64,000 bases of DNA from Gammaproteobacteria bacterium (GTDB lineage: Bacteria > Pseudomonadota > Gammaproteobacteria > Eutrophobiales > Eutrophobiaceae): assembly GCA_965198875.1 (NCBI GenBank), contig CBDAPU010000001.1:1544996-1608995 (forward strand), written 5' to 3'. The position numbers were made by a program, and so were the translations under genes. How positions within the stretch are numbered: the first letter of the stretch is position 1; the number at the start of each line of letters is the position of its first letter. Under the pieces are notes generated by a model. It was not told the origin of the DNA and did no database searches. It saw only the letters and a program-made list of their open reading frames with translations. Below, one piece after another: positions 20,479 to 31,622 of this stretch.

Positions 20479-21783
20479 TTAAAAAGTATAGCCACGCTCG
20501 TTGTGTGAGACCAGGTCCAGCCCCTCGGTTTCCTCTTCCTGGGAGACACGCAGTCCGATCACGGCGTCCAGGATTTTCAATAAAACAAAGCTGGCGATGG
20601 CGCACCAGGCGATGGTGGCGATGATCCCCGTCAGTTGCGTTACCAACTGCTCACCCATCGCATAATCCTCATCCGAGAGACCACCCAGCTCCCGGGCATA
20701 AAACACCGCCGTTAAGAAGGTGCCTAAAGCCCCACCCACGCCATGCACAGGAAACACGTCCAGGGAGTCATCTATCTTCAAACTGCGCTTGATGTATTGC
20801 GTGGCATAGTAACAGACGATGCCGGCTGAGATCCCAATGATCAAGGCGCCGAGCGGCCCCACATACCCGGACGCCGGTGTGATGGTGCCCAAACCCGCCA
20901 CCATCCCGGTGACAATACCCAAAACACTGGGTTTGCCATGTTTAACCCATTCGCAGGTAATCCAGGCCAGGGAGCCGGCGGCGGCGGATATATGTGTGAC
21001 CACCATCGCCATACCGGCGCTGCCATCGGCGGCCAAAGCGCTACCTGCATTAAAACCAAACCAGCCCACCCACAACATTGACGCACCGGCTACCGTCATC
21101 GTCATATTATGGGGCGGCATCATCGTCTCCGGAAAACCCTTACGATTACCCAGCACGATTGCGGCCACGATTGCGGCGACGCCGGCGTTAATGTGGACGA
21201 CTGAACCACCGGCAAAATCCATAAAACCCATATCGCCGAGCCAACCTCCACCCCACACCCAATGACAAACCGGGGCATAAACAATCAACAACCACAATGA
21301 AGAGAACCACAACACCGCCGAGAACTTCATCCGCTCGGCAAAACCACCCACAATCAACGCCGGGGTGATAATGGCGAAAGTCATCTGGAACATGAAAAAG
21401 ACAGTCTCGGGAATATCTCCGCTTAGGCTATCAACGGTGATCCCGTCCATAAAAAACTTGCCTGCTCCCAAAACCTTATTCATGCCGCCGCCATCGCCAA
21501 ACGCCAGGCCATAGGCGAGGATCATCCACAGCAACGACATCACACAGGCGATGGTGAAACACTGCATCAACACCGACAGGACATTTTTGCTTCTGACCAA
21601 TCCTGAGTAGAACAGCGCCAGCCCCGGCAACGTCATAAAGAGCACCAACACCGCCGATACTAAAATCCAGGCCGTATTGGCGCCGTTCAATTCAGCCGCA
21701 TCCTCGGCGACACTCACTTCCGGGGCAATGAGCCCGACAAGCGCTAATGATAAACATGGGACAAGTTTGTTAAACAGCTTCAT
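20479..21783 (-). CDS. amtB: ammonium transporter
   Basis: Signal peptide plus 11 TM helices. Amt signature blocks (DFAGGSVVHI..., GAxxER). 434 aa. Immediately downstream of glnK. Confidence 0.9.
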   Translation of the reverse strand: MKLFNKLVPCLSLALVGLIAPEVSVAEDAAELNGANTAWILVSAVLVLFMTLPGLALFYSGLVRSKNVLSVLMQCFTIACVMSLLWMILAYGLAFGDGGGMNKVLGAGKFFMDGITVDSLSGDIPETVFFMFQMTFAIITPALIVGGFAERMKFSAVLWFSSLWLLIVYAPVCHWVWGGGWLGDMGFMDFAGGSVVHINAGVAAIVAAIVLGNRKGFPETMMPPHNMTMTVAGASMLWVGWFGFNAGSALAADGSAGMAMVVTHISAAAGSLAWITCEWVKHGKPSVLGIVTGMVAGLGTITPASGYVGPLGALIIGISAGIVCYYATQYIKRSLKIDDSLDVFPVHGVGGALGTFLTAVFYARELGGLSDEDYAMGEQLVTQLTGIIATIAWCAIASFVLLKILDAVIGLRVSQEEETEGLDLVSHNERGYTF

Positions 21784-21807
21784 GTCATCTCCTCATTTAT
21801 TAGTCGT

Positions 21808-22215
<408 letters not shown>

Positions 22216-22664
22216 CTATCAGGGCATAAACTGAAAATCCTCGTTCGCTTGCAAAACCCAATGGCTGACGTCATGGGCTTTGCTGATCCTTCCCTGCACC
22301 ACAGGCAACGCCGACTTCATCTGCGTTTCCTTCAGACAAAACATCATCTACCGTCCATACACCAGGCCATCGCTAATCGGATCAGGGCCGATGTTGCCTG
22401 TTATGATTGCAGAGATCATGCCAGAGGATATAAGCCGATAGATTTCAAGGGTTTAAGCGCCGGGCCGGCGAAAGGGCAACAGGATCTATGATCAAACTCG
22501 CACTCTTTTTGTGCGTTTTCACCTGCCGGCGCACTAAAATAGAACTTCTGTGGGCTTCCCTCACGCCATGCCGCTGATAAGGTTTCATCATTGCGCGGAG
22601 CCATCTCATACCTGCCCTGCTACGGGATTGACGGATCGCCCATGGTATTATCGCCAGCGCCACG

Positions 22665-23378
22665 CTAGAAACTGGCGGAGACACTGACGATGAAGGCTTC
22701 ACAGATCTCACCACCGCAATCATTATCCGCATCATTCCAGGAACCGGCGATCTCCAGCGGGCCAAAGGCCTTACTCAGGGCGATGCTGTAATGGGTGTAA
22801 TGAAAACCCGCAGGGCCGGTGGTTTGATCGCCTTTAACATCCTGATAACCCACATACAATGACAACCCGGCCTCATAGGGAAGCGAGAGGCCCACACTGC
22901 CGTAGACATAAACGGCCTCACCATCCTCACCGAAGAAATCGGGAGAGTAGGCGAGACCGCCACCAACAGTCGGCGCCAGGTTCATATCGAATGTGTAACC
23001 GGTATTGAAATACACCTCGGCAAAGTTCTCTTCCGGCTCAGCGTTTGAGCCCGGGTAGATGTAGTACAAACCGCCGATGTCCCAACTGATCCCGTTGGAG
23101 AGTTCCCCGGCGAGGCCGGCGTAAATATCGATCTCCGAGCTTTCGGCAAAATCCACATTCGAAGCCCAGGCGCCGATATAAAATCCAGAGCGGGTATGCG
23201 CATAATCAAACCCGCCCTGTACGGCGGGATGCTCACTGGTTTGCGATATTCCTCTGTACAGATAATCTGAAACCAGAGTGATGTTCGCACTGATCTGATG
23301 GGGCGTCTCCTCAGCGGACACATTCATGTAAGAAAGACACAGGATAACCGCCCAGGATTGAGTCATTATTTTTCGCAT
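22665..23378 (-). CDS. predicted outer-membrane beta-barrel protein of a family recurrently found beside glnK-amtB (TIGR02001-like)
   Basis: Signal peptide (MTQSWAVILCLSYMNVSA). Aromatic-rich beta-strand character. Terminal Phe (...SASF*). Start taken at MRKIM (23378). Confidence 0.5.
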   Translation of the reverse strand: MRKIMTQSWAVILCLSYMNVSAEETPHQISANITLVSDYLYRGISQTSEHPAVQGGFDYAHTRSGFYIGAWASNVDFAESSEIDIYAGLAGELSNGISWDIGGLYYIYPGSNAEPEENFAEVYFNTGYTFDMNLAPTVGGGLAYSPDFFGEDGEAVYVYGSVGLSLPYEAGLSLYVGYQDVKGDQTTGPAGFHYTHYSIALSKAFGPLEIAGSWNDADNDCGGEICEAFIVSVSASF

Positions 23379-23588
23379 GTTCTGCTCCAGTGTTATAAAT
23401 AAAATCTTTAAGCGATTGCACACATCATGCCAACAGAGTGTATTGCTCTAAAAACAAAGGGATGGTAAATGTTTACGGAATGCGGTATACAGGTGAGATG
23501 ATTATCTTTGCACTTTGAACGTGCATAAATCAGGGGTTTGCACTGTATCAGTGCTTAAATACATGATCGGGGATCACCGCATAGGTCA

Positions 23589-23852
23589 ATGATGAAACAG
23601 CAGGGGATTGAAGAGGTTGTTCAGCAGTTTTTCAAACTGTTGCCGCAAGATATTAACCGCTCAAGGCAGGACATGGAGAAGAATATACGCGCGGCATTGA
23701 CGGCGACATTCAGTAAAATGCACCTTATTACCAGGGAAGAGTTTGATATCCAGTCCGAGCTATTAAGCAACACCCGGGCCGCTATGGATGAGCTGGAAAA
23801 TAAAATCACGGCATTGGAAAAGAAACTCTCCGGGGAATTAGGCGACAGTTAA
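23589..23852 (+). CDS. ubiK: ubiquinone biosynthesis accessory factor UbiK (YqiC/BMFP family)
   Basis: 87 aa coiled-coil protein. ...ITREEFDIQSELLSNTRAAMDELENKITALE matches the YqiC pattern (SREEFDVQ...L..R..L..LE.R...LE). Confidence 0.65.
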   Translation: MMKQQGIEEVVQQFFKLLPQDINRSRQDMEKNIRAALTATFSKMHLITREEFDIQSELLSNTRAAMDELENKITALEKKLSGELGDS

Positions 23853-23889
23853 CTACACAACATGGATTGATGCACAAGGAGGCGGATAA

Positions 23890-25413
23890 ATGGAAATTGC
23901 CATCGTCAACTCCCGCGCCCTTGAGGGCATTAGAGCCGTTCAGGTGACGGTTGAAGTACATTTATCCAGGGGGCTACCCAAGCTATCCATCGTCGGTCTG
24001 CCCGAGGCCGCCGTTAAAGAGAGTAAGGAACGGGTAAGAAGCGCCCTGTTAAATAATCAGTTTGAATTTCCACTCAAACGCATCACCATCAATCTCGCCC
24101 CGGCGGACCTGCCCAAAGAAGGGGGCAAATACGATTTGGCCATCGCTATCGGGATCCTGGCCGCATCGGCACAAATTGCCAAAAGTACGCTACAAGGCTA
24201 TGAGTTCATTGGCGAGCTTGCCCTGACCGGTGAGTTGCGGCCGGTAAAAGGCATATTGCCCATGGCCTGTTCAGTTAAAAAAAGCGCGCGCAGTTTGATA
24301 CTGCCGAGGCGCAATGCCCCGGAGGCGGGGCTGGTTGAGGGGCTACGGGTATTGCCGGCAGGGCATTTACTTGAGGTCTGTGCAGAAGTGAACGGTAGCG
24401 AGCCCCTCAATCCATTTATCAACAAAGCCATCCCCGCTATGGAGAGAAAAAGCGCACCTGATCTGTCCGATATCCACGCCCATCATGTTGCAAAACGGGC
24501 CCTGGAGATCAGCGCATCCGGTGGTCACAACATGTTGATGGTAGGCCCGCCGGGCAGTGGTAAAACCATGCTGGCTGAACGCTTGCCCGGGATCCTGCCG
24601 CCCATGACCGATGAGCAGGCCATAACCACTGCCGCCATCAGCTCAATCAGCACCCAGGGCTTTCATTTGAAAAACTGGAAACAGCGGCCGATTCGTATGC
24701 CCCATCACTCGGCCTCATCCGTGGCCATTGTCGGCGGCGGCAGCCATCCGCGTCCCGGTGAAGTCTCGCTCGCCCACAGCGGGGTGTTGTTTTTAGATGA
24801 GTTCCCCGAGTTCGATAGAAAGGTCCTGGAGGCGCTCAGGGAGCCGCTTGAGTCCGGCAGGATCGTCATCTCCCGCGCCGCCAGACAAACTGAGTTCCCG
24901 GCAAAGTTTCAACTTATCGCCGCCATGAACCCCTGTCCCTGCGGGTATTACGGTGATAACACAAACCGTTGCCGATGTAGCGTTGAGCAAATTAACCGCT
25001 ATCGAGGAAAACTCTCCGGCCCGCTGCTGGATCGCATAGACATACACATACAAGTGCCCAATATCGCCCTGGATATATTGGAAAAAATGCGCCATGAACA
25101 ACCCGAAACAAGCGCACAAGTGCAAAAGAGGGTTGTTGAGACCTTTCAGCTACAAACTCATCGTCTCGGCAAACAGAACAGCGAGATGAATAACAAGGAG
25201 TTAAAAAAATACTGTCGGCTTAGTGTTCAACAAAATCGCCTGTTGCAAAATGCGATTGAACAACTGGGTTTATCCACACGGGGGATGTACCGTATATTAC
25301 GGGTGGCCAGAACCATTGCCGATCTGGAAAAATCAGAGCCCATCCTGGACAAACACCTGACCGAGGCCATATCATATCGTTATTTTGAACGAAAAGAATC
25401 CAGATTTGTCTAG
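23890..25413 (+). CDS. comM: YifB/ComM-family Mg-chelatase-like AAA+ ATPase
   Basis: N-terminal Lon-like domain (GLPEAAVKESKERV). Walker A GPPGSGKT. C-terminal ChlI domain. 507 aa. Confidence 0.85.
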   Translation: MEIAIVNSRALEGIRAVQVTVEVHLSRGLPKLSIVGLPEAAVKESKERVRSALLNNQFEFPLKRITINLAPADLPKEGGKYDLAIAIGILAASAQIAKSTLQGYEFIGELALTGELRPVKGILPMACSVKKSARSLILPRRNAPEAGLVEGLRVLPAGHLLEVCAEVNGSEPLNPFINKAIPAMERKSAPDLSDIHAHHVAKRALEISASGGHNMLMVGPPGSGKTMLAERLPGILPPMTDEQAITTAAISSISTQGFHLKNWKQRPIRMPHHSASSVAIVGGGSHPRPGEVSLAHSGVLFLDEFPEFDRKVLEALREPLESGRIVISRAARQTEFPAKFQLIAAMNPCPCGYYGDNTNRCRCSVEQINRYRGKLSGPLLDRIDIHIQVPNIALDILEKMRHEQPETSAQVQKRVVETFQLQTHRLGKQNSEMNNKELKKYCRLSVQQNRLLQNAIEQLGLSTRGMYRILRVARTIADLEKSEPILDKHLTEAISYRYFERKESRFV

Positions 25414-25443
25414 CTATTCACTTCTCATATAATCCAGATCATT

Positions 25444-25827
25444 ATGACGCATCATGAACGCTACGAGTTTACGGTGGAAGTGGAAACCGCTTATATACAT
25501 GAGCAGTCGATCCCGGAAGATAGCCGGTTTGTTTTCGCCTATACCATTTCCATCACGAATACCGGTACCGTCTCTGCAAGACTGCTCAGACGACACTGGA
25601 TCATCACCGATGCGAATAACCGAACCCAGGAAGTCCATGGTGATGGTGTGGTTGGAGAGCAACCTCATCTGAATCCCGGGCAGCGTTTTCAATACACCAG
25701 CGGCGCCATACTGGAGACCCCCGTGGGTTGCATGGAAGGCACCTATGACATGATCGCAGATGATGGCATGGAGTTTGACTCCCCCATTCCCGCTTTTAAT
25801 TTGGCAACACCCAACACCCTTCATTAA
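25444..25827 (+). CDS. apaG: ApaG (DUF525) protein
   Basis: 127 aa; ...FAYTISITNTG...RHWIITDANNRTQEVHGDGVVGEQP... is the canonical ApaG fold sequence. Confidence 0.85.
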   Translation: MTHHERYEFTVEVETAYIHEQSIPEDSRFVFAYTISITNTGTVSARLLRRHWIITDANNRTQEVHGDGVVGEQPHLNPGQRFQYTSGAILETPVGCMEGTYDMIADDGMEFDSPIPAFNLATPNTLH

Positions 25828-25835
25828 GCAGGCCG

Positions 25836-26669
25836 GTGTCAACCTTCGCCATCGGCGATCTGCAAGGATGCTTTGATGCGCTCATGGATCTGCTCAATGA
25901 AATAAACTTTGACCCCGCCGCTGATCAACTGTGGTTCACGGGTGATCTGGTCAATCGCGGCCGACAATCTTTAGCCTGTTTACGCTTCGTTAAATCACTC
26001 GGCGATACCGCCATCACGGTGCTCGGTAATCATGATCTGCATTTATTAGCGATGGCCTGTGGGCAATCACACCACAGGCAAAAGGGCGATACCCTGGATG
26101 ACGTCCTGAATGCCGAGGATCGTACCACTCTGCTTCGCTGGTTGAGACAGCTACCACTGCTACACCATGATGAACAATCGGGCTTCACGATGCTTCATGC
26201 CGGACTGCCGCCACAATGGGATCGGATCAGGGCCGGGCGTTACGCCGCAGAAGTAGAACAGGCCCTGAAAGGGGCGCACCATAAAGACTACCTCGCCAAC
26301 ATGTATGGCGAGAGGCCGGATAGGTGGTCGGCTGATTTAAGCGCCTGGGACAGACTGCGATTTATTACCAATGCCCTCACCCGCATACGTTATTGCCACG
26401 CAAACGGCAGCCTGGACATGCGGGAGAAAGGTGCGCCCGGCACGCAGGGCAAGTCACTGCTGCCCTGGTTTGAAATGCAGATGAGAGCAAGCCGACATGA
26501 GAAGATCATATTCGGTCATTGGGCGTCACTCAGAGACTACCAACAAGACTATAAAAAATACAATGTCTACCCCCTGGATATGGGCTGTGTCTGGGGCGGC
26601 GAATTGGCGGCATTGCGTCTGGAAGATGAGAAATACTTTCGCGTGCCATGCAGGGAAAAACAGCAATAA
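25836..26669 (+). CDS. apaH: bis(5'-nucleosyl)-tetraphosphatase (symmetrical)
   Basis: Metallophosphoesterase motifs GDLQGC...GDLVNRG...GNHD. 277 aa. apaG-apaH order. Confidence 0.85.
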   Translation: MSTFAIGDLQGCFDALMDLLNEINFDPAADQLWFTGDLVNRGRQSLACLRFVKSLGDTAITVLGNHDLHLLAMACGQSHHRQKGDTLDDVLNAEDRTTLLRWLRQLPLLHHDEQSGFTMLHAGLPPQWDRIRAGRYAAEVEQALKGAHHKDYLANMYGERPDRWSADLSAWDRLRFITNALTRIRYCHANGSLDMREKGAPGTQGKSLLPWFEMQMRASRHEKIIFGHWASLRDYQQDYKKYNVYPLDMGCVWGGELAALRLEDEKYFRVPCREKQQ

Positions 26670-26737
26670 GCCGATGCGGTCGGTTTCTCTCAAATGCCCG
26701 AATTGGTCATTGCCCCGGCGCCCTTAAAAACATCGGC

Positions 26738-26912
26738 GTCATCACCCCACCCTCCAGTACTGCTGCCCGAGACAACATCAAGTCGTCCGTATCGCTATTA
26801 AGCGTCACCACCTCACCCACCGGCGCTGCTGTCCGGCAACATCAGGAACGCCTTTAACGGCACCTTCTCATCACCACCTCACCCACCGGCGCTACTGTGC
26901 GCGACATCTTGC
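26738..26912. repeat. three tandem degenerate direct repeats (~44-bp unit, 65-bp period) between apaH and folA
   Basis: GTCATCACCCCACCCTCCAGTACTGCTGCCCGAGACAACATCAAG / GTCACCACCTCACCCACCGGCGCTGCTGTCCGGCAACATCAGG / TCATCACCACCTCACCCACCGGCGCTACTGTGCGCGACATCTTG at 26738, 26804 and 26868. Confidence 0.7.
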
Positions 26913-26994
26913 ATATGCTAAGAGGACATTAGCCAATGTGATCATTTTCACATCGCCCGACTTCTCGGTTTTTTTTCTATGCGGGCGGGGTCTT

Positions 26995-27483
26995 TTATCT
27001 GCGCTTCTCCAACACCAGAAAACAACAGGCATAGGCATTATTCTCATCGGCCTTTCGCTCCTTGCGTGCTATCTCCTTCCAGTCACCGGGATCACATTGC
27101 GGAAAAAAGACATCACCTCTCACCCTGGCGTTGACTTGTGTTAAGTAGATGCGCGACGCTCGGGGGAGCAGTTGCCCATACAAATCAGCTCCCCCTATAA
27201 TCATCACTTCCTCTTTATCGGCGCAGTAGCCAAGGGCGCCGTCAATATCATGAAAAACAGTGCAACCATCCGCCCTGTAGGGATGTTGTCTCGTGATGAT
27301 GATGTTCTCCCGGCCCGGTAATGCCCGCCCGATGGACTCATGGGTTTTTCTGCCCATGATGATGGGTTTGCCCATCGTGATCGCCTTGAAGTGTCGCAAG
27401 TCCGAAGACAAACGCCACGGCAGGGCGCCATTGGCGCCGATAACACCTTGCTCATCCATGGCCACGACAAGGGATATTCGCAT
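26995..27483 (-). CDS. folA: dihydrofolate reductase
   Basis: MRISLVVAMDEQGVIGANGALPWRLSSDLRHFKAITMGKPIIMGRKT. Confidence 0.9.
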   Translation of the reverse strand: MRISLVVAMDEQGVIGANGALPWRLSSDLRHFKAITMGKPIIMGRKTHESIGRALPGRENIIITRQHPYRADGCTVFHDIDGALGYCADKEEVMIIGGADLYGQLLPRASRIYLTQVNARVRGDVFFPQCDPGDWKEIARKERKADENNAYACCFLVLEKRR

Positions 27484-27489
27484 CTTCTT

Positions 27490-28284
27490 CTATACCGAGA
27501 TAGGCGCAGTAATGGACGGATGTGTGTTGTAATTACTTAATTCAAAATCACTGTACTGAAAATCAAATATGTTTCTAATATCAGGGTTGATGCTCATGGA
27601 AGGCGGGGCAAAGGGTGTTCTGGTTAATTGACAATCAGCCTGTTCCAGGTGGTTGGTATACAAATGAGCATCGCCCAGCGTATGCACAAACTCGCCTGGT
27701 TTAAGATTAGTCACCTGCGCTACCATCATGGTCAACAAGGCGTAGGAGGCGATGTTGAACGGTACGCCAAGAAAAATATCGCAAGAACGCTGGTAGAGTT
27801 GGCATGACAACGAGCCCCTGTTCACATAAAACTGGAAAAACGCATGGCAAGGCGCCAACGCCATTTTATCCAGTTCCGCCACATTCCAGGCACTAACAAT
27901 TAAACGGCGAGAGTTGGGGTTGGTTTTAATCTCGTTAATAACATGGCTTATTTGATCAATGGTCTTGCCGTTAGTAGCAGGCCAGGCTCGCCATTGCACG
28001 CCATAGACCGGCCCAAGCTCGCCATTTTCATCAGCCCATTCATCCCAAATTGTGACATTATTTTCTTGCAAATAGCGGATGTTGGACTCGCCTCGCAAAA
28101 ACCACAATAACTCATGGATGATGGACTTCACATGCAGCTTCTTGGTTGTGAGCAGGGGAAAACCTGCTGTTAAATCAAAGCGCATTTGATAACCAAACAC
28201 GCTTAGCGTACCCGTGCCAGTGCGGTCATCTTTCTCAACGCCATGTTGGCGCACGTGTTTTAGCAGTTGCAGATATTCTCGCAT
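27490..28284 (-). CDS. thyA: thymidylate synthase
   Basis: Canonical ThyA throughout, including the active-site region ([12 protein letters not shown]). 264 aa. Confidence 0.95.
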   Translation of the reverse strand: MREYLQLLKHVRQHGVEKDDRTGTGTLSVFGYQMRFDLTAGFPLLTTKKLHVKSIIHELLWFLRGESNIRYLQENNVTIWDEWADENGELGPVYGVQWRAWPATNGKTIDQISHVINEIKTNPNSRRLIVSAWNVAELDKMALAPCHAFFQFYVNRGSLSCQLYQRSCDIFLGVPFNIASYALLTMMVAQVTNLKPGEFVHTLGDAHLYTNHLEQADCQLTRTPFAPPSMSINPDIRNIFDFQYSDFELSNYNTHPSITAPISV

Positions 28285-28334
28285 GGATAATGCCGTTAGC
28301 TTTTGAAGCTCATCAATGTTATCCCGTCATACAT

Positions 28335-29132
28335 TCAAACAGCCGTGCTTTTATGCGCTTTGCGATAGGCCAATATCAACAACACGGCGCCGATCACGAT
28401 CATGGGTATGGACAGGATCTGCCCCATGCTCGACCAGTGAAAACCGATATAGCCAATATGCTGATCCGGCATACGCACAAACTCCACACAGAAACGGATG
28501 CTCCCGTAGAGCAGAAGAAATAATCCAAACACAGACCCGGACGGCCTCGGCTTCATGGAAAACCACCAGAGGATAACAAACAAAACCGCGCCTTCAAAAA
28601 ACGCCTCATAGAGCTGGGAGGGGTGTCTTGGCAGTGCATCCACATGGGGGAATACCATGCCCCAGGGCAGATCAGTGGGTCTGCCCCAGAGCTCACCGTT
28701 GATAAAATTTCCAATGCGTCCGCTAAATAAACCAAGCGGCGCCACCGGCGCCAGGAAGTCGCCAACCTCGAGCAGTTTTTGATTGATCCTGCGACCATAT
28801 AAATAGCCGGCGATGATGACGCCTATCAACCCCCCATGAAAAGACATGCCCCCTTGCCACACCTTAAAAACAGCCAACGGATTATCGATATAGTACGGCA
28901 GATGATAAAACAGCACCGAGCCTAACCGGCCGCCAAGGATAATCCCCAAGGTGCAGTAGAAAACCACATCGGCCACCTGCTCTTTCCGCCAATTAAAATG
29001 CGTCAGTCTCGCCCGATAATGTAATAACCACCAGGCAAGCAGAATACCGGCCACATAACTCAGCCCATACCAGCGCACCTGTAACATCCCAATGTCGATG
29101 GCAACCGGATCAATATCGGGATAAGTCAGCAT
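28335..29132 (-). CDS. lgt: prolipoprotein diacylglyceryl transferase
   Basis: Lgt signature blocks (YGLSYVAGILLAWWL; G.RIGNFINGELWGRPT). I prefer the start at MLTYPDIDPV (29132, ~266 aa). The longest ORF to 29351 would overlap the next gene. Confidence 0.85.
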   Translation of the reverse strand: MLTYPDIDPVAIDIGMLQVRWYGLSYVAGILLAWWLLHYRARLTHFNWRKEQVADVVFYCTLGIILGGRLGSVLFYHLPYYIDNPLAVFKVWQGGMSFHGGLIGVIIAGYLYGRRINQKLLEVGDFLAPVAPLGLFSGRIGNFINGELWGRPTDLPWGMVFPHVDALPRHPSQLYEAFFEGAVLFVILWWFSMKPRPSGSVFGLFLLLYGSIRFCVEFVRMPDQHIGYIGFHWSSMGQILSIPMIVIGAVLLILAYRKAHKSTAV

Positions 29133-29278
29133 GGCGGTTAATAGTTTAGCGGATAATCCCGGATCAAGCGCAGTTGAAAGTGGCGCCGGTTTAACTTGAG
29201 AAGGCGCGCTGACATAGACTGCCCGCATCATGCCGAAAACAGCTAGGTAAATGTGCCGGCCTGGCGGATAATGGCGAT

Positions 29279-31333
29279 ATGAGCACAACCAATTCCCTGA
29301 TTTACGAGACCAGCCCCTATCTGCTGCAACATGCCACCAATCCGGTGGCATGGTATCCCTGGTCAGAGAAGGCCCTGACGCTCGCCAAAGAACAACATAA
29401 ACCCATATTGCTTTCCATCGGTTACTCGGCCTGTCATTGGTGCCATGTTATGGCGCACGAATCATTTGCAGATGCAAAGACGGCCGCATTGATGAACGCC
29501 CATTTTATTAATATCAAGGTTGATCGGGAAGAGCGCCCGGATCTGGATAAAATCTACCAAACTGCACAACAACTTTTGAACCGCAGGACCGGCGGCTGGC
29601 CGTTGACGATGTTTTTAATGCCGGAAAATCAGGTCCCCTTTTTCGGCGGCACCTATTTCCCGCCAGAGCCACGTCATGGCTTGCCGGGTTTTAAGGCCCT
29701 GCTCATCCGCATTAACGCATTTTATCAAAACGAACGGGCTACGTTGCTGGAGCAGAACGCATCGTTTCTTGAGGCCCTGAGGCAAACAGAGAAGACGGAA
29801 ACTCCGGATGAGGCGGTGAGCCTGGATATTAGGCCCATTCAGCGCGCTATCGCAGAGCTAAAAGACAGCTATGATCCCAGGGACGGCGGTTTTGGCCCGG
29901 CGCCAAAGTTCCCGCACCCCACTCATCTTGATCTGTTGCTGAAAAACCCCTTTACCGAAGGTCCCGCTGAGGCGAGAGAAAATGCCGACATGGCCTGCTT
30001 GACGTTGCAAAAAATGGCCCAGGGCGGGATCCATGATCAACTGGGCGGCGGTTTCTGCCGATATTCAATCGATGCACACTGGCGGATCCCCCATTTTGAA
30101 AAAATGTTATATGACAACGGCCCGCTGTTGGCTCTCTACGCCGACGCCTTCCATATAACACAAAACGCACTTTTTGAGCGCACATCATACGGCATTGCAA
30201 ACTGGGTCATGCGTGAGATGCAATCCGCCGAAGGGGGGTACTTCTCTTCCCTGGACGCCGACTCAGAAGGCGAGGAAGGTAAGTTTTATGTGTGGGATAA
30301 AACAGAAATACAATCGCTACTGACAGATAAAGAGTATGCTCTGATAGCGAGACATTATGGTCTTGATAAACCCGCCAACTTTGAAGGACGATGGCATCTG
30401 CATGTCAATGAAACCCTGGATGATATGGAGAAGACAACATCACAGGATATAAAGCGGCAGATAACAAACGCCGCAAATACACTGTTTCACGCCAGGGAAA
30501 AACGCATAAGACCGGGCAGGGATGAGAAGATGCTAACCTCCTGGAACGCCTTAATGATAAAAGGCATGATAACAGCGGCATTGCGCCTGCAAGAGGATAA
30601 ATACTATGACTCGGCCGCCCGTTGCCTTGCGTTTATCCATGCAAAACTCTGGGACGGGGAGCGACTTCGGGCAACCTGTAAAGACGGCAGGGCGCATTTC
30701 AACGCCTACCTGGATGATTATGCCTTTCTCATCGACGCCATTTTGCATGTGCTCTCTTATAGATGGTCAGGTAAGTGGCTTTCCTTTTCAATGCAACTGG
30801 CCGATACCCTGATAGAGCAGTTCTACGATCAGGAGCAAGGCGGTTTCTTCTTCACCTCCCATGATCATGAGGCATTGCTGCAACGGCGCAAGGATTTTAT
30901 GGATGATTCATTACCCTCGGGAAACGGTATCGCCACTTTGGCCCTCCTTAACCTCGGCCATTTAACCGGCGAGCGGCGTTATCTTGCGGTTGCTGAGCAA
31001 ACCTTAAAATGCAGTTGGACATGGCTAGGGCGTCTGCCCCATGCCTGTCACGCCATGTTGTTGGCGTTGCTGGAGTTCAACAAGCCAAAGCCCCTGATCA
31101 TCATACGCGGGGAGCCATCCCTTATTGATACATGGCAAAACGAGTTACGCTCAATGAATGACATGCGCGCTGTGGTTTTCGCCATTGCCGATAAAACCCA
31201 ACACCTGCCGGCGTTGCTACGGGAGAGATGGGCTCAGGGTAAGGCCACCGCCTTTATCTGTGAAGGAAGCCGATGCCTGGAGCCCGTCCATGATCTGCAC
31301 AAATTAAAACAACTGCTCATACACCACCGCTAA
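29279..31333 (+). CDS. thioredoxin-domain protein of the DUF255/YyaL family (N-terminal Trx fold + (alpha/alpha)6 barrel)
   Basis: [22 protein letters not shown]...[23 protein letters not shown] is the DUF255 signature. 684 aa. Confidence 0.8.
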   Translation: MSTTNSLIYETSPYLLQHATNPVAWYPWSEKALTLAKEQHKPILLSIGYSACHWCHVMAHESFADAKTAALMNAHFINIKVDREERPDLDKIYQTAQQLLNRRTGGWPLTMFLMPENQVPFFGGTYFPPEPRHGLPGFKALLIRINAFYQNERATLLEQNASFLEALRQTEKTETPDEAVSLDIRPIQRAIAELKDSYDPRDGGFGPAPKFPHPTHLDLLLKNPFTEGPAEARENADMACLTLQKMAQGGIHDQLGGGFCRYSIDAHWRIPHFEKMLYDNGPLLALYADAFHITQNALFERTSYGIANWVMREMQSAEGGYFSSLDADSEGEEGKFYVWDKTEIQSLLTDKEYALIARHYGLDKPANFEGRWHLHVNETLDDMEKTTSQDIKRQITNAANTLFHAREKRIRPGRDEKMLTSWNALMIKGMITAALRLQEDKYYDSAARCLAFIHAKLWDGERLRATCKDGRAHFNAYLDDYAFLIDAILHVLSYRWSGKWLSFSMQLADTLIEQFYDQEQGGFFFTSHDHEALLQRRKDFMDDSLPSGNGIATLALLNLGHLTGERRYLAVAEQTLKCSWTWLGRLPHACHAMLLALLEFNKPKPLIIIRGEPSLIDTWQNELRSMNDMRAVVFAIADKTQHLPALLRERWAQGKATAFICEGSRCLEPVHDLHKLKQLLIHHR

Positions 31334-31402
31334 ACAACAACACGCTCGCCGTTACGCTCGCCGCCCATCCATGCCGCCCGGACAAGCGCAGGGGCATGAG
31401 GA

Positions 31403-31540
31403 GGATGATCTTGCGAGCGCCGATACCTCCACCCCAAGCATGATTTACTCAAAGGTTCCTTTTGGATGATGATCTTGCGAGCGCCGATCCCTCCACCTCG
31501 CCTTCGACTATCATGACTTCACGCCCTCCCCTGATGCCCC
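31403..31540. repeat. two tandem repeats (64-bp period) GGATGAT(GAT)CTTGCGAGCGCCGAT(A/C)CCTCCACC followed by CATCATGACTTCACGCCCTCC
   Basis: Copies at 31403 and 31464. The 3' flank shares the dispersed CATCATGACTT motif. Confidence 0.7.
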
Positions 31541-31622
31541 TTTACCCGCCTTGCAAGCACGCAGATAAACACAGGCGGGGCAGCCTCGCCCGTCCTGCCC
31601 TGTCGTTGGGTTTCGGTATTGA

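Noticed and set aside
26738-26912. Possible CRISPR array (regular ~65-bp spacing of direct repeats); the same idea applies to the other repeat loci
   Set aside because: Only 2-3 copies are present. The repeat units are 10-25% divergent from each other, the spacers are ~21 bp, and no cas genes are in the window. CRISPR repeats are near-identical with 26-72-bp spacers. I treat these loci as minisatellite/REP-like repeats.
29132-29351. 73-aa N-terminal extension of lgt (longest ORF), and similar extensions on ibpA, deoC, the SDRs, coq7 and the DUF934 gene
   Set aside because: The extensions lack homology to the respective families and would overlap neighbouring genes or promoters. Internal starts with Shine-Dalgarno sequences give family-typical lengths.
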